Below, piece by piece: positions 46,674 through 56,518 of a DNA stretch of 64,000 bases. Under the pieces are notes generated by a model. It saw only the letters and a program-made list of their open reading frames with translations. It was not told where the DNA came from and did not search any database. The stretch is from an uncultured Candidatus Saccharibacteria bacterium (GTDB taxonomy: Bacteria > Patescibacteriota > Minisyncoccia > Phycocordibacterales > XYD1-FULL-46-19), in NCBI GenBank assembly GCA_964510655.1, contig CAZEAY010000001.1, positions 33,421-97,420 of the forward strand, read 5' to 3'. Each line of letters opens with the position of its first letter. Within the stretch, counting starts at the first letter, position 1. Position numbers and translations under genes: made by a program.

Positions 46674-47837
46674 ATGAAATACACAGTTGGAAAGAAAATA
46701 AAAGCGACTAGTCCTCAAGGAGAGGCGTATTTGGCGTTTTTACCCGAACTAATAAATAAGGATTTTACTTGGGAGGATAAAAAAATAGATATACTGCTAG
46801 AGTCCGCTCGTGGCTGGCTTGGTGAACTAAATGCTTACTCGAAATTAATTCCTAACGTCGATTTTTTTATAGAGTCACATATCGCAAAAGAAGCAGAACA
46901 GTCTAGTCGAATTGAGGGGACAAAAACCACACTAGAAGAACTCTATCTTGATAAGGGTGATTTTGATGATCAGGAAAAAATAAATGATCAGGAAGAAGTG
47001 AAGAACTATATTAATGCATTAAATTATTCTATAAAAAATATTACAACTCCTGGCGAGATTCCACTTTCTACAAGACTTGTTTGTGGTGCTCATAAAATTT
47101 TACTTGATAATGTTCGAGGATATAAACGTCACCCTGGTGAGATAAGAAAAATACAAAATAAAATTGGAGGAAGCCAGGGTTCTCTTAAAGATGCTATCTT
47201 TATTCCTCCAACCCCAGAAATGGTTTCTGATCTTTTGAATGATTTGGAAAAATTTTGGCACAATAAAAATCTTGAAATTCCAGATCTGATAAAAGTCGCA
47301 TTGTCACATTATCAATTCGAAACAATACACCCATTTGAAGACGGAAATGGGAGAATCGGTCGTTTGATAATTATATTGCAACTCGTAACGTATGGGATGC
47401 TACAGAAACCAACATTGTACCTCTCTGATTATTTTGAGAAAAATAGATCGGCTTATTATGATGCTCTTTCTCGCGTACGAGAATCTGGGGACATGGAACA
47501 TTGGATAAAATTTTTCCTTGTTGGTGTCACTGAAACGGCCAAAAAAGGAAAAGAAACGTTAGAAAGTATCATTGATTTAAAAAAGAAATACGAAGATCTA
47601 ATCGATGGATATATGGGAGTTAAACAACAAAAACTTGGTAAGAAGTTGTTAAAATTCCTGTTTGCTAAGCCATTAGTAACAGCAAAAGATGTTGAGCAAA
47701 TGCTTGGAGTTACGAAACCAACAGCCACTGCTCTTGTAAACAAGCTGGCAGAAGCAAATATTTTAAAGGAGAGAACTGGATATAAAAGAAATCGAGTTTA
47801 TGCGCTCGATGAGTATTTAGCATTATTCAATAGTTAA
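46674..47837 (+). CDS. fic: Fic family protein (AMPylase-type), with an N-terminal domain and a C-terminal wHTH
   Basis: Canonical Fic motif HPFEDGNGRIGR and a candidate inhibitory SxxxEG motif (SSRIEG) in the N-terminal region. Confidence 0.85.
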   Translation: MKYTVGKKIKATSPQGEAYLAFLPELINKDFTWEDKKIDILLESARGWLGELNAYSKLIPNVDFFIESHIAKEAEQSSRIEGTKTTLEELYLDKGDFDDQEKINDQEEVKNYINALNYSIKNITTPGEIPLSTRLVCGAHKILLDNVRGYKRHPGEIRKIQNKIGGSQGSLKDAIFIPPTPEMVSDLLNDLEKFWHNKNLEIPDLIKVALSHYQFETIHPFEDGNGRIGRLIIILQLVTYGMLQKPTLYLSDYFEKNRSAYYDALSRVRESGDMEHWIKFFLVGVTETAKKGKETLESIIDLKKKYEDLIDGYMGVKQQKLGKKLLKFLFAKPLVTAKDVEQMLGVTKPTATALVNKLAEANILKERTGYKRNRVYALDEYLALFNS

Positions 47838-47845
47838 AATTATGT

Positions 47846-49603
47846 ATGGAAAATTTTAGTCATATAACATCAATGATCTGGAGTATAGCCGACATCTTGC
47901 GTGGCGGCTGGAAACAGCATGAATACCAGGACGTAATATTACCCTTGGTAGTTTTGAAACGTCTTGATTCTATCCTTGCAGACACTAAAGCTTCGGTCCT
48001 CGAGAAATACAACGAGTACAAAGGCAAAGTGAATGACCTTGACCCTATCTTGAAGAAGACCTCAGGCACAGCCTTCTACAATATCTCTGATTACGATTTC
48101 AAAACCATTCTTGGAGAACCAAAGCATCTCGCAAAGAACTTCAAGCAGTACATCAACGGGTACAGCAAGAATATCCAGGATATCTTTGAGAAGTTTGATT
48201 TCAGCAAACAGCTCGAGCGTCTCGAAGGTGGTGATCTCTTGTTTTACGTGATTCAGGAATTGAATAAAGTGGATTTGCACCCTTCAAAGGTAGATAACTA
48301 TCAAATGGGACACATCTTTGAAGAGCTTCTCCGAAAGTTTTCTGAAATGTCCAACGAAACCGCTGGAGAGCACTACACGCCAAGAGATGTGATCGGACTT
48401 ATGACCGAGATGCTCTTCTCGCCTGATAAGAAGGATCTCAAGAAACCTCATGTTATCAAAAAGATTTACGACCCTGCCTGTGGTACCGGCGGTATGCTTT
48501 CTGTTGCCAAGGATTACATTCTAGAAAACATAAACAAAGAAGCTGACATTTTCCTCTACGGACAGGAACTCAACTCGGTGACTTACGCTATGGCCAAGTC
48601 AGACATGCTTATCAAGGGCGATAACCCAGACCTTATTCGAGGCGGAGAAAAGGACCACTCAAAAGCAAGCACACTCGCTAACGATCAATTTTTTGCAGAA
48701 GTGTTTGATTATGGTCTATCAAATCCGCCCTACGGAGTTGATTGGAAGAAAGATAAAGATGCTGTTGAGCGTGAAGCCTCACGTGGATACGCTGGGCGAT
48801 TTGGTGCAGGCACTCCTCGCATCTCTGATGGACAGCTTTTATTCTTGCAGCACTTGATCTCAAAGATGAAGCCTGAGAAAGACGGTGGCTCACGTATAGC
48901 AATCGTCCACAACGGGTCCCCACTATTTACTGGTGATGTCGGTAGTGGAGAAAGCGAAATCCGAAGATGGATTCTTGAAAAGGATTTGCTCGAAGCAATC
49001 GTTGCATTGCCTGATCAGCTTTTCTATAACACAGGTATCAATACATATCTCTGGTTTGTCACCAACAGAAAATCAAAAGAACGAAAAGGTAAGGTCCAGC
49101 TCATTGATGCCCGTACCTTCTTTAAGAAGACTCGCAAAAGTCTTGGTAGCAAGCGACATGAGATTGATTCAGATCATAAAAAACAAATCTTGGATTTGTA
49201 TGAGAAGTTTGAGGAAAATGAATACTCAAAGATTTTCAAGACAACAGATTTTGCATACAGACAGATTCAAATTGAGCGTCCACTCAAGGATGAGAAGGGG
49301 AATTTTGTAAAAAACAAGAAAGGAGAAGTGGAGACGGATAAGTCACTTCGTGATCATGAAAATGTTCCATATGATATGGACATAAAAGAATACTTCAACA
49401 AAGAGGTAAAGCCATATGTGCCCGATGCATGGATCAATGAATCAGTCCGAGATCACAAAGACGGAAAGGTTGGCATTGTGGGCTATGAAATCCCATTCAC
49501 TCGCTACTTTTACAAATATGAGGCACCACGAAGCCTTGAAGAAATCGAGACTGATATAGAAAAGGTCGAGAACGAATTGCTCATTCTCCTAAAGCAACTT
49601 TAA
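47846..49603 (+). CDS. hsdM: type I restriction-modification system methyltransferase subunit HsdM
   Basis: N-terminal HsdM_N pattern and N6-MTase motifs (DPACGTGGML motif I, NPPYG motif IV). Confidence 0.9.
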   Translation: MENFSHITSMIWSIADILRGGWKQHEYQDVILPLVVLKRLDSILADTKASVLEKYNEYKGKVNDLDPILKKTSGTAFYNISDYDFKTILGEPKHLAKNFKQYINGYSKNIQDIFEKFDFSKQLERLEGGDLLFYVIQELNKVDLHPSKVDNYQMGHIFEELLRKFSEMSNETAGEHYTPRDVIGLMTEMLFSPDKKDLKKPHVIKKIYDPACGTGGMLSVAKDYILENINKEADIFLYGQELNSVTYAMAKSDMLIKGDNPDLIRGGEKDHSKASTLANDQFFAEVFDYGLSNPPYGVDWKKDKDAVEREASRGYAGRFGAGTPRISDGQLLFLQHLISKMKPEKDGGSRIAIVHNGSPLFTGDVGSGESEIRRWILEKDLLEAIVALPDQLFYNTGINTYLWFVTNRKSKERKGKVQLIDARTFFKKTRKSLGSKRHEIDSDHKKQILDLYEKFEENEYSKIFKTTDFAYRQIQIERPLKDEKGNFVKNKKGEVETDKSLRDHENVPYDMDIKEYFNKEVKPYVPDAWINESVRDHKDGKVGIVGYEIPFTRYFYKYEAPRSLEEIETDIEKVENELLILLKQL

Positions 49604-49608
49604 ATTAT

Positions 49609-50904
49609 ATGCAAACACTCAAGCTTACAAAAAAATATGAGAAATATCCTGAATATAAAGATTCGGGTGTTGAGTGGTTGGGTAATATTCCTGAAAATTG
49701 GAGTGTTTATAAAATGAAGACTTTAGGAAGTTTTTCAGCGAGCGGAATTGACAAAAAAATTAATGATAAAGAAATTCCAGTAAAGCTTCTTAATTACACT
49801 AATGTCTATGGAAATAAGGCGTTAACTATAGACGGTAAAACGGCTTTTGGAGAAACAACAACGACAAAGGACAAGATTACTGATTATTCAATAAAAAAAG
49901 GTGATATATATTTTACACCAAGCTCAGAGACAGAAAAGGATATTGGTGTATCTAGTGTTGCACTTGAGGATATCCCGGATGCGGTTTTTAGTTACCACCT
50001 AATAAGATTTAGGCCAAAAGCTGCAATTGATATTTCATTTAGTAAATATTTCACAAATAATTCGTGGGTTTTATCTCAGTTTTCATCGCTTTGCAATGGA
50101 ACAACAAGAATGGTGGTAAATAGAGATGATTTTAAAAATATAAACGTTGTTTTACCAACTAAAAAAGATCAAGAAAAAATTGCTGATTATCTTAATGAAA
50201 AAACTTCTGTTATTGATGAGATAATAGAAAAAAAAGAAAAGTTGATTGAGCTTTCGAAAGAAAAAAGAACCTCTGTAATCAATACCGTAATTTCTGAAGT
50301 AGTTGGAGAAAAAGGAAAACTAAAAAACTACATACAACTAAATCCTTCAAAAAAAGGAATTTCTGCAATTGGTCCTGAGGACGCGGTTTCCTTTGTTCCT
50401 ATGGAAGCAATCTCAGAACTTGGAGAACTACAAATACAAGAAAGAAAATACAAAGATGTAAGTAGTGGCTTCACCTACTTTAAAGATGGAGATGTTGTGC
50501 TTGCAAAAATAACTCCTTGCTATGAAAACGGTAAGGCGGGAGTAATTAGAGGACTGAAAAATGGATTTGGGTTTGGGACGACTGAATTCATGGTGCTTCG
50601 ACCAAGCAACAAGATTCTTGCTGATTACCTTTATTACGTAGTCTTTTCAGATAAATTCAGAAAGATGGGTGAAGTTGAGATGAGAGGAACAGCAGGGCAA
50701 AAACGAGTAACCTCATCATTTGCAATGAACTACGGACTATTTATTCCAGATATTAAAACTCAAGAAAAGATTGTGGTCGAGTTAAATAAAAAAATGAAGA
50801 TGTTTGATGTCGCTATAGCAAAAGTTGAAACTTCAATTTCATACCTCAAAGAATTTAAGACTTCCCTCATATCAAATGTTGTAACGGGAAAAATTAAAGT
50901 ATAA
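49609..50904 (+). CDS. hsdS: type I restriction-modification specificity subunit HsdS (two TRDs)
   Basis: Position in the operon, two repeated half-structures with conserved central and C-terminal coiled regions (…LIELSKEKRTSVI…, …KTSLISNVVTGKIKV), and very AT-rich composition. Confidence 0.8.
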   Translation: MQTLKLTKKYEKYPEYKDSGVEWLGNIPENWSVYKMKTLGSFSASGIDKKINDKEIPVKLLNYTNVYGNKALTIDGKTAFGETTTTKDKITDYSIKKGDIYFTPSSETEKDIGVSSVALEDIPDAVFSYHLIRFRPKAAIDISFSKYFTNNSWVLSQFSSLCNGTTRMVVNRDDFKNINVVLPTKKDQEKIADYLNEKTSVIDEIIEKKEKLIELSKEKRTSVINTVISEVVGEKGKLKNYIQLNPSKKGISAIGPEDAVSFVPMEAISELGELQIQERKYKDVSSGFTYFKDGDVVLAKITPCYENGKAGVIRGLKNGFGFGTTEFMVLRPSNKILADYLYYVVFSDKFRKMGEVEMRGTAGQKRVTSSFAMNYGLFIPDIKTQEKIVVELNKKMKMFDVAIAKVETSISYLKEFKTSLISNVVTGKIKV

Positions 50905-50908
50905 ATAT

Positions 50909-53050
50909 ATGATTAATAAAGTCTTAAAAATAAAGAATATAGGGAAATTCAAAAACCTTTGTTCAGTCAATGACGACCTGGCTTTTAAGACGTACACCCT
51001 GGTTTTTGGACCTAATAAACATGGAAAAACTACTTTTACATCAATACTCAAGTCTTTGAAGACGTCAGAGATTGATCACCTAATAGGACGAAAAACATTT
51101 GGATCAACAGCAAATGATAGCCAAGAGTATGAAATATTAATGAGTGATGGTTCTAAATATACATACAATTCTGGACTGAAAAATAAAGATATCGAAATAT
51201 TTGATAATGATTTCATAAATAGAAATGTTTTTTCTGGTGACAGTATTGATAAAAGCAATAGATCTAGTCTTTATAGCATCCTACTCGACAGTGCAAATGT
51301 AAAACTAAAGGAAGAGATAGACGAACTTGAGAGAAAACAAACAACTATCTCCACTGAAAAAACTGGAGCAAAAAATGCTATTGATAATTTTGATGACTTT
51401 ATAAAGTTAAATGCAACTGATGAAATAGCTGATATCGCAACAAAAATTGAAGAGAATAATAACAAGATTAAGCAATATAATAACCAAGCTCAATTAGACA
51501 TATTACGTAAGAAATCAAAGTTTCATTTTGATTTTGTGGCCTTTGAGGAGAAATTGAAACAAACCATTGATACCAAGCTTGAAAGTAAAATAAATGAACA
51601 CATAAAGAATAATCATAAAAACAATACAAAGAGTAAAGATTTTCTAAAAATTGGTACAGATTTGCTTGCCGATAGTAATGATTGTCCATTTTGTGGCCAA
51701 TCCTTAGACAACGTGACTGATCACATTACTGTCCTGAAGACTTTTTTCAGTGATACCTACAAAGAAATTCAAGAAAGTATTAATGAATCAATAAATCTTT
51801 TTAGTGAAATTGATATTGAAAAAGAGATCAATGCTTTCAAGGTTTGTGGATTAGAGTTTCCTAAATTAGATATTGTTAATTTGGGAGCTAACTTTTCAAC
51901 AGCGAAAGATAAAATAAAAGAGAAACAGACAGACTTATCAAAAGATATAAAAATCGGAGAAGATCAGGGTTATATCTCGTTTAAGAAAGAAATAATTAGC
52001 CTTAAGAAAGAAATTGATGATCTTACAACAAAAAGCCTAGATATAGTTGCTCTAGACAAAGAGACTTCGAGATTAAACCTCAACAAAGACAGATTTTCTG
52101 CTATTGGCATTGCAAAATTTAATACCTACAAAGAAAAAGAGAATGCATTTGAGGAAAACAAAAGAGTAATCAGTGAAAAAACCGATAAGTTAAAACTGGA
52201 CCTTAATACTCTTTTTAAAAAGCATCTTGAAAAGATAAATGATGTTCTTCGTATTTCAGGTGCAAATTTCAAACTAAAAAAACTCGATGCTAACACGAAC
52301 AGAAGCTTGAGAGATCATATGTGCGAATATAGTTTTGTTTTTGATAACACGCATGATGTAAGTGTAGAGGGTCAAGATAATACTCCCAATTTTAAAAATA
52401 CCTTAAGCGACTCTGATAAAAGAGTTCTCGCTTTCGCCTTTTTCGTAGCAAAAATAAAATCTGAAAACGATATCACTAATAAAATTATTGTATTAGATGA
52501 TCCTTTTACAAGTCTTGATGAAGACCGAAAAGACAGCATGATTAACCTTATTAAAGACCTTGGTTTTAAGCAGGTAATAATCTTGTCACATAGTAAAAGG
52601 TTTGTGGGTAGATGCTTTGAGTTGTTTCCAAGAGATGTAATGAAAACTCTAAAATTGCACTGCTCTGCAGCAAGCGGATCGCTTTTTGAGGTTATGGATG
52701 TCAAAAAAGAAATACTAGATACTGACATTGAAAAAGATCTTGCTTATATAAGAAATTCTATACACAAAAACATTAACCTAAAAGAAGCATGTCAAAAAGT
52801 TAGACTCTGCATTGAACAAATATTGAAAGAAAAATATTCAGATTTTATAAAGCCAGAAAATCTTGCAGGTAATGCATCAATTGGTACCTTTTTATTTGAT
52901 ATCGGAGCTAGGTGTCCAGCAAAAAAAGATATAGAAGGTGGGTATTGGCATGATGATCATCACGCACAAAATCCAACCAATACAGCTGATGACACGGAAA
53001 GGTTGAATAAACTTAAATACTTTATAGAAACCATTTTACCCACAATATAA
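50909..53050 (+). CDS. RloC/PrrC-like ABC-type ATPase with a coiled coil and CxxC zinc hook (AAA_13-like), embedded in the type I R-M operon; putative anticodon nuclease
   Basis: Walker A VFGPNKHGKTT. Long coiled-coil middle region carrying CPFCGQ. ABC signature-like LSDSDKR, Walker B IIVLDDPFTSLD and H-loop ILSHS. About 150-aa C-terminal domain with Rx3E (RLCIEQ) and HDDHH. Sits between hsdS and hsdR, as prrC and rloC do. Confidence 0.5.
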   Translation: MINKVLKIKNIGKFKNLCSVNDDLAFKTYTLVFGPNKHGKTTFTSILKSLKTSEIDHLIGRKTFGSTANDSQEYEILMSDGSKYTYNSGLKNKDIEIFDNDFINRNVFSGDSIDKSNRSSLYSILLDSANVKLKEEIDELERKQTTISTEKTGAKNAIDNFDDFIKLNATDEIADIATKIEENNNKIKQYNNQAQLDILRKKSKFHFDFVAFEEKLKQTIDTKLESKINEHIKNNHKNNTKSKDFLKIGTDLLADSNDCPFCGQSLDNVTDHITVLKTFFSDTYKEIQESINESINLFSEIDIEKEINAFKVCGLEFPKLDIVNLGANFSTAKDKIKEKQTDLSKDIKIGEDQGYISFKKEIISLKKEIDDLTTKSLDIVALDKETSRLNLNKDRFSAIGIAKFNTYKEKENAFEENKRVISEKTDKLKLDLNTLFKKHLEKINDVLRISGANFKLKKLDANTNRSLRDHMCEYSFVFDNTHDVSVEGQDNTPNFKNTLSDSDKRVLAFAFFVAKIKSENDITNKIIVLDDPFTSLDEDRKDSMINLIKDLGFKQVIILSHSKRFVGRCFELFPRDVMKTLKLHCSAASGSLFEVMDVKKEILDTDIEKDLAYIRNSIHKNINLKEACQKVRLCIEQILKEKYSDFIKPENLAGNASIGTFLFDIGARCPAKKDIEGGYWHDDHHAQNPTNTADDTERLNKLKYFIETILPTI

Positions 53051-53054
53051 ACAT

Positions 53055-56021
53055 ATGACAACAAAAACAAACACAAAAGAATCAGGATTTGAAGAATTTA
53101 TTGAGCAAGAGCTCAAGAGTCTTCATTCATACCGGACTCGATCAACCTCTTCATACAACAAAGAGCTTTGCATGGATACCGAGTTGGTCCTCGAGTTTAT
53201 TCATACAACACAGAAAGATAGTTGGGATAAGTTGGTTGAACAATATGGTGGCGATGTTGCCAATCGATTTTTGGCTAGACTAGATGAAGAGCTTCTTTCT
53301 CGTGGACTTCTCAGTGTCCTGCGAGAAGGTGTGAAGGATAGAGGTGTAACTATTCAACTTGCGTATCTCAAACCAGAAAATGATAAAAACCCCGAGACAC
53401 TTGCCGACTACGCAGGGAATATCTTGAGCGTAATGCGACAGGTCAAATATAGTGTCAAGAACGAGAACTCTATCGACATGGTTATATTTGTAAACGGTCT
53501 TCCTCTCTTTACCTCTGAACTTAAGAATCAATTCACCAGACAGAATGTTATCAATGCAATTTCACAATACAGAACTGATCGTGATCAGAAAGAAAAGTTG
53601 CTTGGATTTAAGAGATGCCTCACACACTTTGCGGTGGATACCGAACAGGTATACATGACCACTAAACTCTCGGGACTTACCACCTACTTCTTGCCATTCA
53701 ACAAAGGCAATAACGGATCATCTGGTAACCCTGAAGCACCGAAAGGAAAATACAAAACTTATTATCTCTGGGAAGAAATCTGGTCCAAGGATAGTATCTT
53801 TGACCTGATTGGTAATTTCATACAAGATATAACAGAAGAAAAAGAAGACAAGAATGGAAGGCGACATAGGGATGAAAAAATCATCTTCCCTCGATATCAT
53901 CAATTGGAAACAGTTAAGAGAATTGTTGAAGATGCCAAAGCTTATGGTGCGGGTAAGAATCATCTCATTCAGCACAGTGCTGGGTCTGGGAAGAGTAATA
54001 CTATTGCTTGGACCGCTCATCGATTAGCGGGACTTCATAATATTGGAGGTAAAAACGTCTTTGACGGGGTAATTGTTGTAACCGATCGACGAGTACTTGA
54101 TAGACAATTATCTGAGGCGGTGGACAGTTTTAGTGCGACCGTTGGCCTCGTTAAACACGCAGATAACTCAGCACAACTTGCTGATTATTTAAGAAATGGC
54201 ATCAAAATTATCACAACAACGCTCCAAAAGTTTCCTGTTATTGTCGATACAGTAGAAGCTCTTGAAGGTAGAAAGTTTGCAGTGATTATCGATGAGGCTC
54301 ATTCATCACAATCAGGTGAATCGGCAGCCGACCTGCGCCAGGTCCTCACACTTGATGAAGCTGAAAAAGAAAGTCAGGAAGAAGAGAAAGCATTTAAGAC
54401 GATTGAAGATCAGATCGTCGAACGTATGAAGGCTCGAAAAGTAGCATCTCCAAACCTGTCATTCTTTGCCTTTACTGCAACACCAAAACAAAAGACTCTT
54501 GAGCTTTTCGGTACCGAAGATGCGGTAACAGGTAAATTCGGTCCCTTCTCCCTCTATTCAATGAAGCAAGCCATCGAAGAGAAGTTTATTCTCGATGTGC
54601 TTAAGAATTACACAACTTACGAAACTTACTTCGGACTTTTGAAGAAGGTTGAGGATGACCCAGAATTCGACAAGAAAAAGGCTCAGCGACTTATGGTTGG
54701 ATATGTTGAGCGACATGAGCATGCTATCGATAAGAAGGTGGCCATTATGGTTGAACACTTCGAGGAAAAGATCGCCTCACTTATTAACGGCAAGGCAAAA
54801 GCTATGGTGGTGACCAAGTCTCGACTTCATGCGGTCCGTTATAAGATTGCATTTGATAAGTATCTAAAAGAAAAAGGATATGCACACAAAGCCCTCGTAG
54901 CGTTCTCTGGAACGGTTAAGGATGTTGATACCAAGCTTGAATACACCGAGGGCCAGATGAACAAGGTGCCTGAGAGTCAGACCGCTGAAGAGTTCAAAAA
55001 TGATAACTATAAGTTCCTAATCGTTGCCGAGAAGTTCCAGACTGGATTCGACCAGCCACTTCTCTCGGTAATGTATGTAGATAAGAAACTTGGTGGTGTT
55101 GGTGCGGTCCAGACTTTGTCTCGACTTAATCGAACCACATATAACAAAGAAGAAACCTTCGTTCTTGATTTCGTAAACCAGACTGATGATATCAAGGAAG
55201 CCTTCCAACCTTACTACACAACTACTGTTCTCTCAGAAGCGACAGATCCAAACATCCTGCATGATCTTGAGCGAGATGTGCGTGGTTTCAAGTTCTTCAC
55301 TGATTTTGAGGTTAATGGCTTTATAGACGAGCTTTATTCAAGAGCAACTCCTGACAAGCTCAATTATATTATCGATGGTGTAGTCTCTCGCATCAATGAA
55401 GAGAACCTCACTGAAGAAGAAATGGAGAGTTTCAAGTCTACGGTATTTGATTATCTCAAAAAATACGCATTCATCTCACAGATTGTAACCTTCGAAGATC
55501 CTCAGCTGGAAAAGTTGTTCATATTCTTAAAGTATCTGATTAGAAAGCTTCCTAAGCGTGAAAACCCACTACCATATGAGGTCCTTCAGGCAATAGATAT
55601 GGAAACATACCGAGTGGAAAAGAAAGGTGAAATGCATCTTCAGCTCGAAAATGCTGAAGGTCTTATTGAGCCTATGGGCGGTGGTGATGCCAAAAGTTCA
55701 TCTGAAGATGAAAGAGATGCTCTGTCTCGCATCATCAAAGAAGTAAATGAAAGATACGGTACCAACTTCAATGACGGTGACCGAGTGATCCTTAATGACT
55801 TGAGTAAGCGACTACTTGAAAGCGAGATCCTTCAGGGTTCAGTAATGAACAACAGCAAAGATGCCGCTAAGTTAAAATTCGATCAGCTCTTCCAGGACGA
55901 GCTCGTGAGCGTGCTTGATAAGCATTTTAGCTTGTATCAAAAGTTGGACCAGAGTCCAGAGCTCAAGAAGTTTGTGCAAGAGCGTGTGTTCGAATTTGTG
56001 GTTAAGAAAATGAAAAAATAA
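53055..56021 (+). CDS. hsdR: type I restriction enzyme R subunit HsdR
   Basis: N-terminal PD-(D/E)xK nuclease motif (DMVIFVNGLPLFTSELK). SF2 helicase motifs (SAGSGKS, DEAH in VIIDEAHSSQ). Confidence 0.9.
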   Translation: MTTKTNTKESGFEEFIEQELKSLHSYRTRSTSSYNKELCMDTELVLEFIHTTQKDSWDKLVEQYGGDVANRFLARLDEELLSRGLLSVLREGVKDRGVTIQLAYLKPENDKNPETLADYAGNILSVMRQVKYSVKNENSIDMVIFVNGLPLFTSELKNQFTRQNVINAISQYRTDRDQKEKLLGFKRCLTHFAVDTEQVYMTTKLSGLTTYFLPFNKGNNGSSGNPEAPKGKYKTYYLWEEIWSKDSIFDLIGNFIQDITEEKEDKNGRRHRDEKIIFPRYHQLETVKRIVEDAKAYGAGKNHLIQHSAGSGKSNTIAWTAHRLAGLHNIGGKNVFDGVIVVTDRRVLDRQLSEAVDSFSATVGLVKHADNSAQLADYLRNGIKIITTTLQKFPVIVDTVEALEGRKFAVIIDEAHSSQSGESAADLRQVLTLDEAEKESQEEEKAFKTIEDQIVERMKARKVASPNLSFFAFTATPKQKTLELFGTEDAVTGKFGPFSLYSMKQAIEEKFILDVLKNYTTYETYFGLLKKVEDDPEFDKKKAQRLMVGYVERHEHAIDKKVAIMVEHFEEKIASLINGKAKAMVVTKSRLHAVRYKIAFDKYLKEKGYAHKALVAFSGTVKDVDTKLEYTEGQMNKVPESQTAEEFKNDNYKFLIVAEKFQTGFDQPLLSVMYVDKKLGGVGAVQTLSRLNRTTYNKEETFVLDFVNQTDDIKEAFQPYYTTTVLSEATDPNILHDLERDVRGFKFFTDFEVNGFIDELYSRATPDKLNYIIDGVVSRINEENLTEEEMESFKSTVFDYLKKYAFISQIVTFEDPQLEKLFIFLKYLIRKLPKRENPLPYEVLQAIDMETYRVEKKGEMHLQLENAEGLIEPMGGGDAKSSSEDERDALSRIIKEVNERYGTNFNDGDRVILNDLSKRLLESEILQGSVMNNSKDAAKLKFDQLFQDELVSVLDKHFSLYQKLDQSPELKKFVQERVFEFVVKKMKK

Positions 56022-56024
56022 GTG

Positions 56025-56459
56025 ATGGAAAATCTTTCTGAAAAAGTTGTTGAAAAAGCTATTTTGAAACACCTTGCCTTAAAAGGATGGGATTATAATA
56101 TTAAAACTAAGGGACTTCATGAGCATGGTTGTGATATTGTTGTAACTAGCTCGAAAAATAAAAATAAAGCGACAAGATTTTTGATAGAATGTAAGGGTAG
56201 GTCATATGCAAAATCTGCAAAGTCTATTGCTGAAACTAATTTTTTGTTTGCTCTTGGTCAGTTGATTACTAGAATGAGTGTAATTGCAAGACATGCTTAT
56301 AAATATGGTCTTGGATTGCCAGAAGAAAGTGCAAAAAAGGCGTTACACAGGATTCCATGGCAGGTTGCAAGACAGTTATGTCTGTATATTTTTTCTGTAG
56401 ATGATATGGGTAGAGTGACAGAGTATTCCCCTAGGGATTTTAAGAAAACTAATAAATAA
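56025..56459 (+). CDS. small PD-(D/E)xK nuclease-fold protein (Mrr-cat/YraN-like core) abutting the hsdR stop
   Basis: Candidate catalytic D (HGCDIVV) about 17 residues before an ExK (IECKG). Its ATG lies 3 nt after the hsdR TAA. Confidence 0.4.
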   Translation: MENLSEKVVEKAILKHLALKGWDYNIKTKGLHEHGCDIVVTSSKNKNKATRFLIECKGRSYAKSAKSIAETNFLFALGQLITRMSVIARHAYKYGLGLPEESAKKALHRIPWQVARQLCLYIFSVDDMGRVTEYSPRDFKKTNK

Positions 56460-56518
56460 GACCGTTTTTCTTTTTATTTGATATACTAAATGCAGTAGAA
56501 TTATTTAAAAAATAGCTT

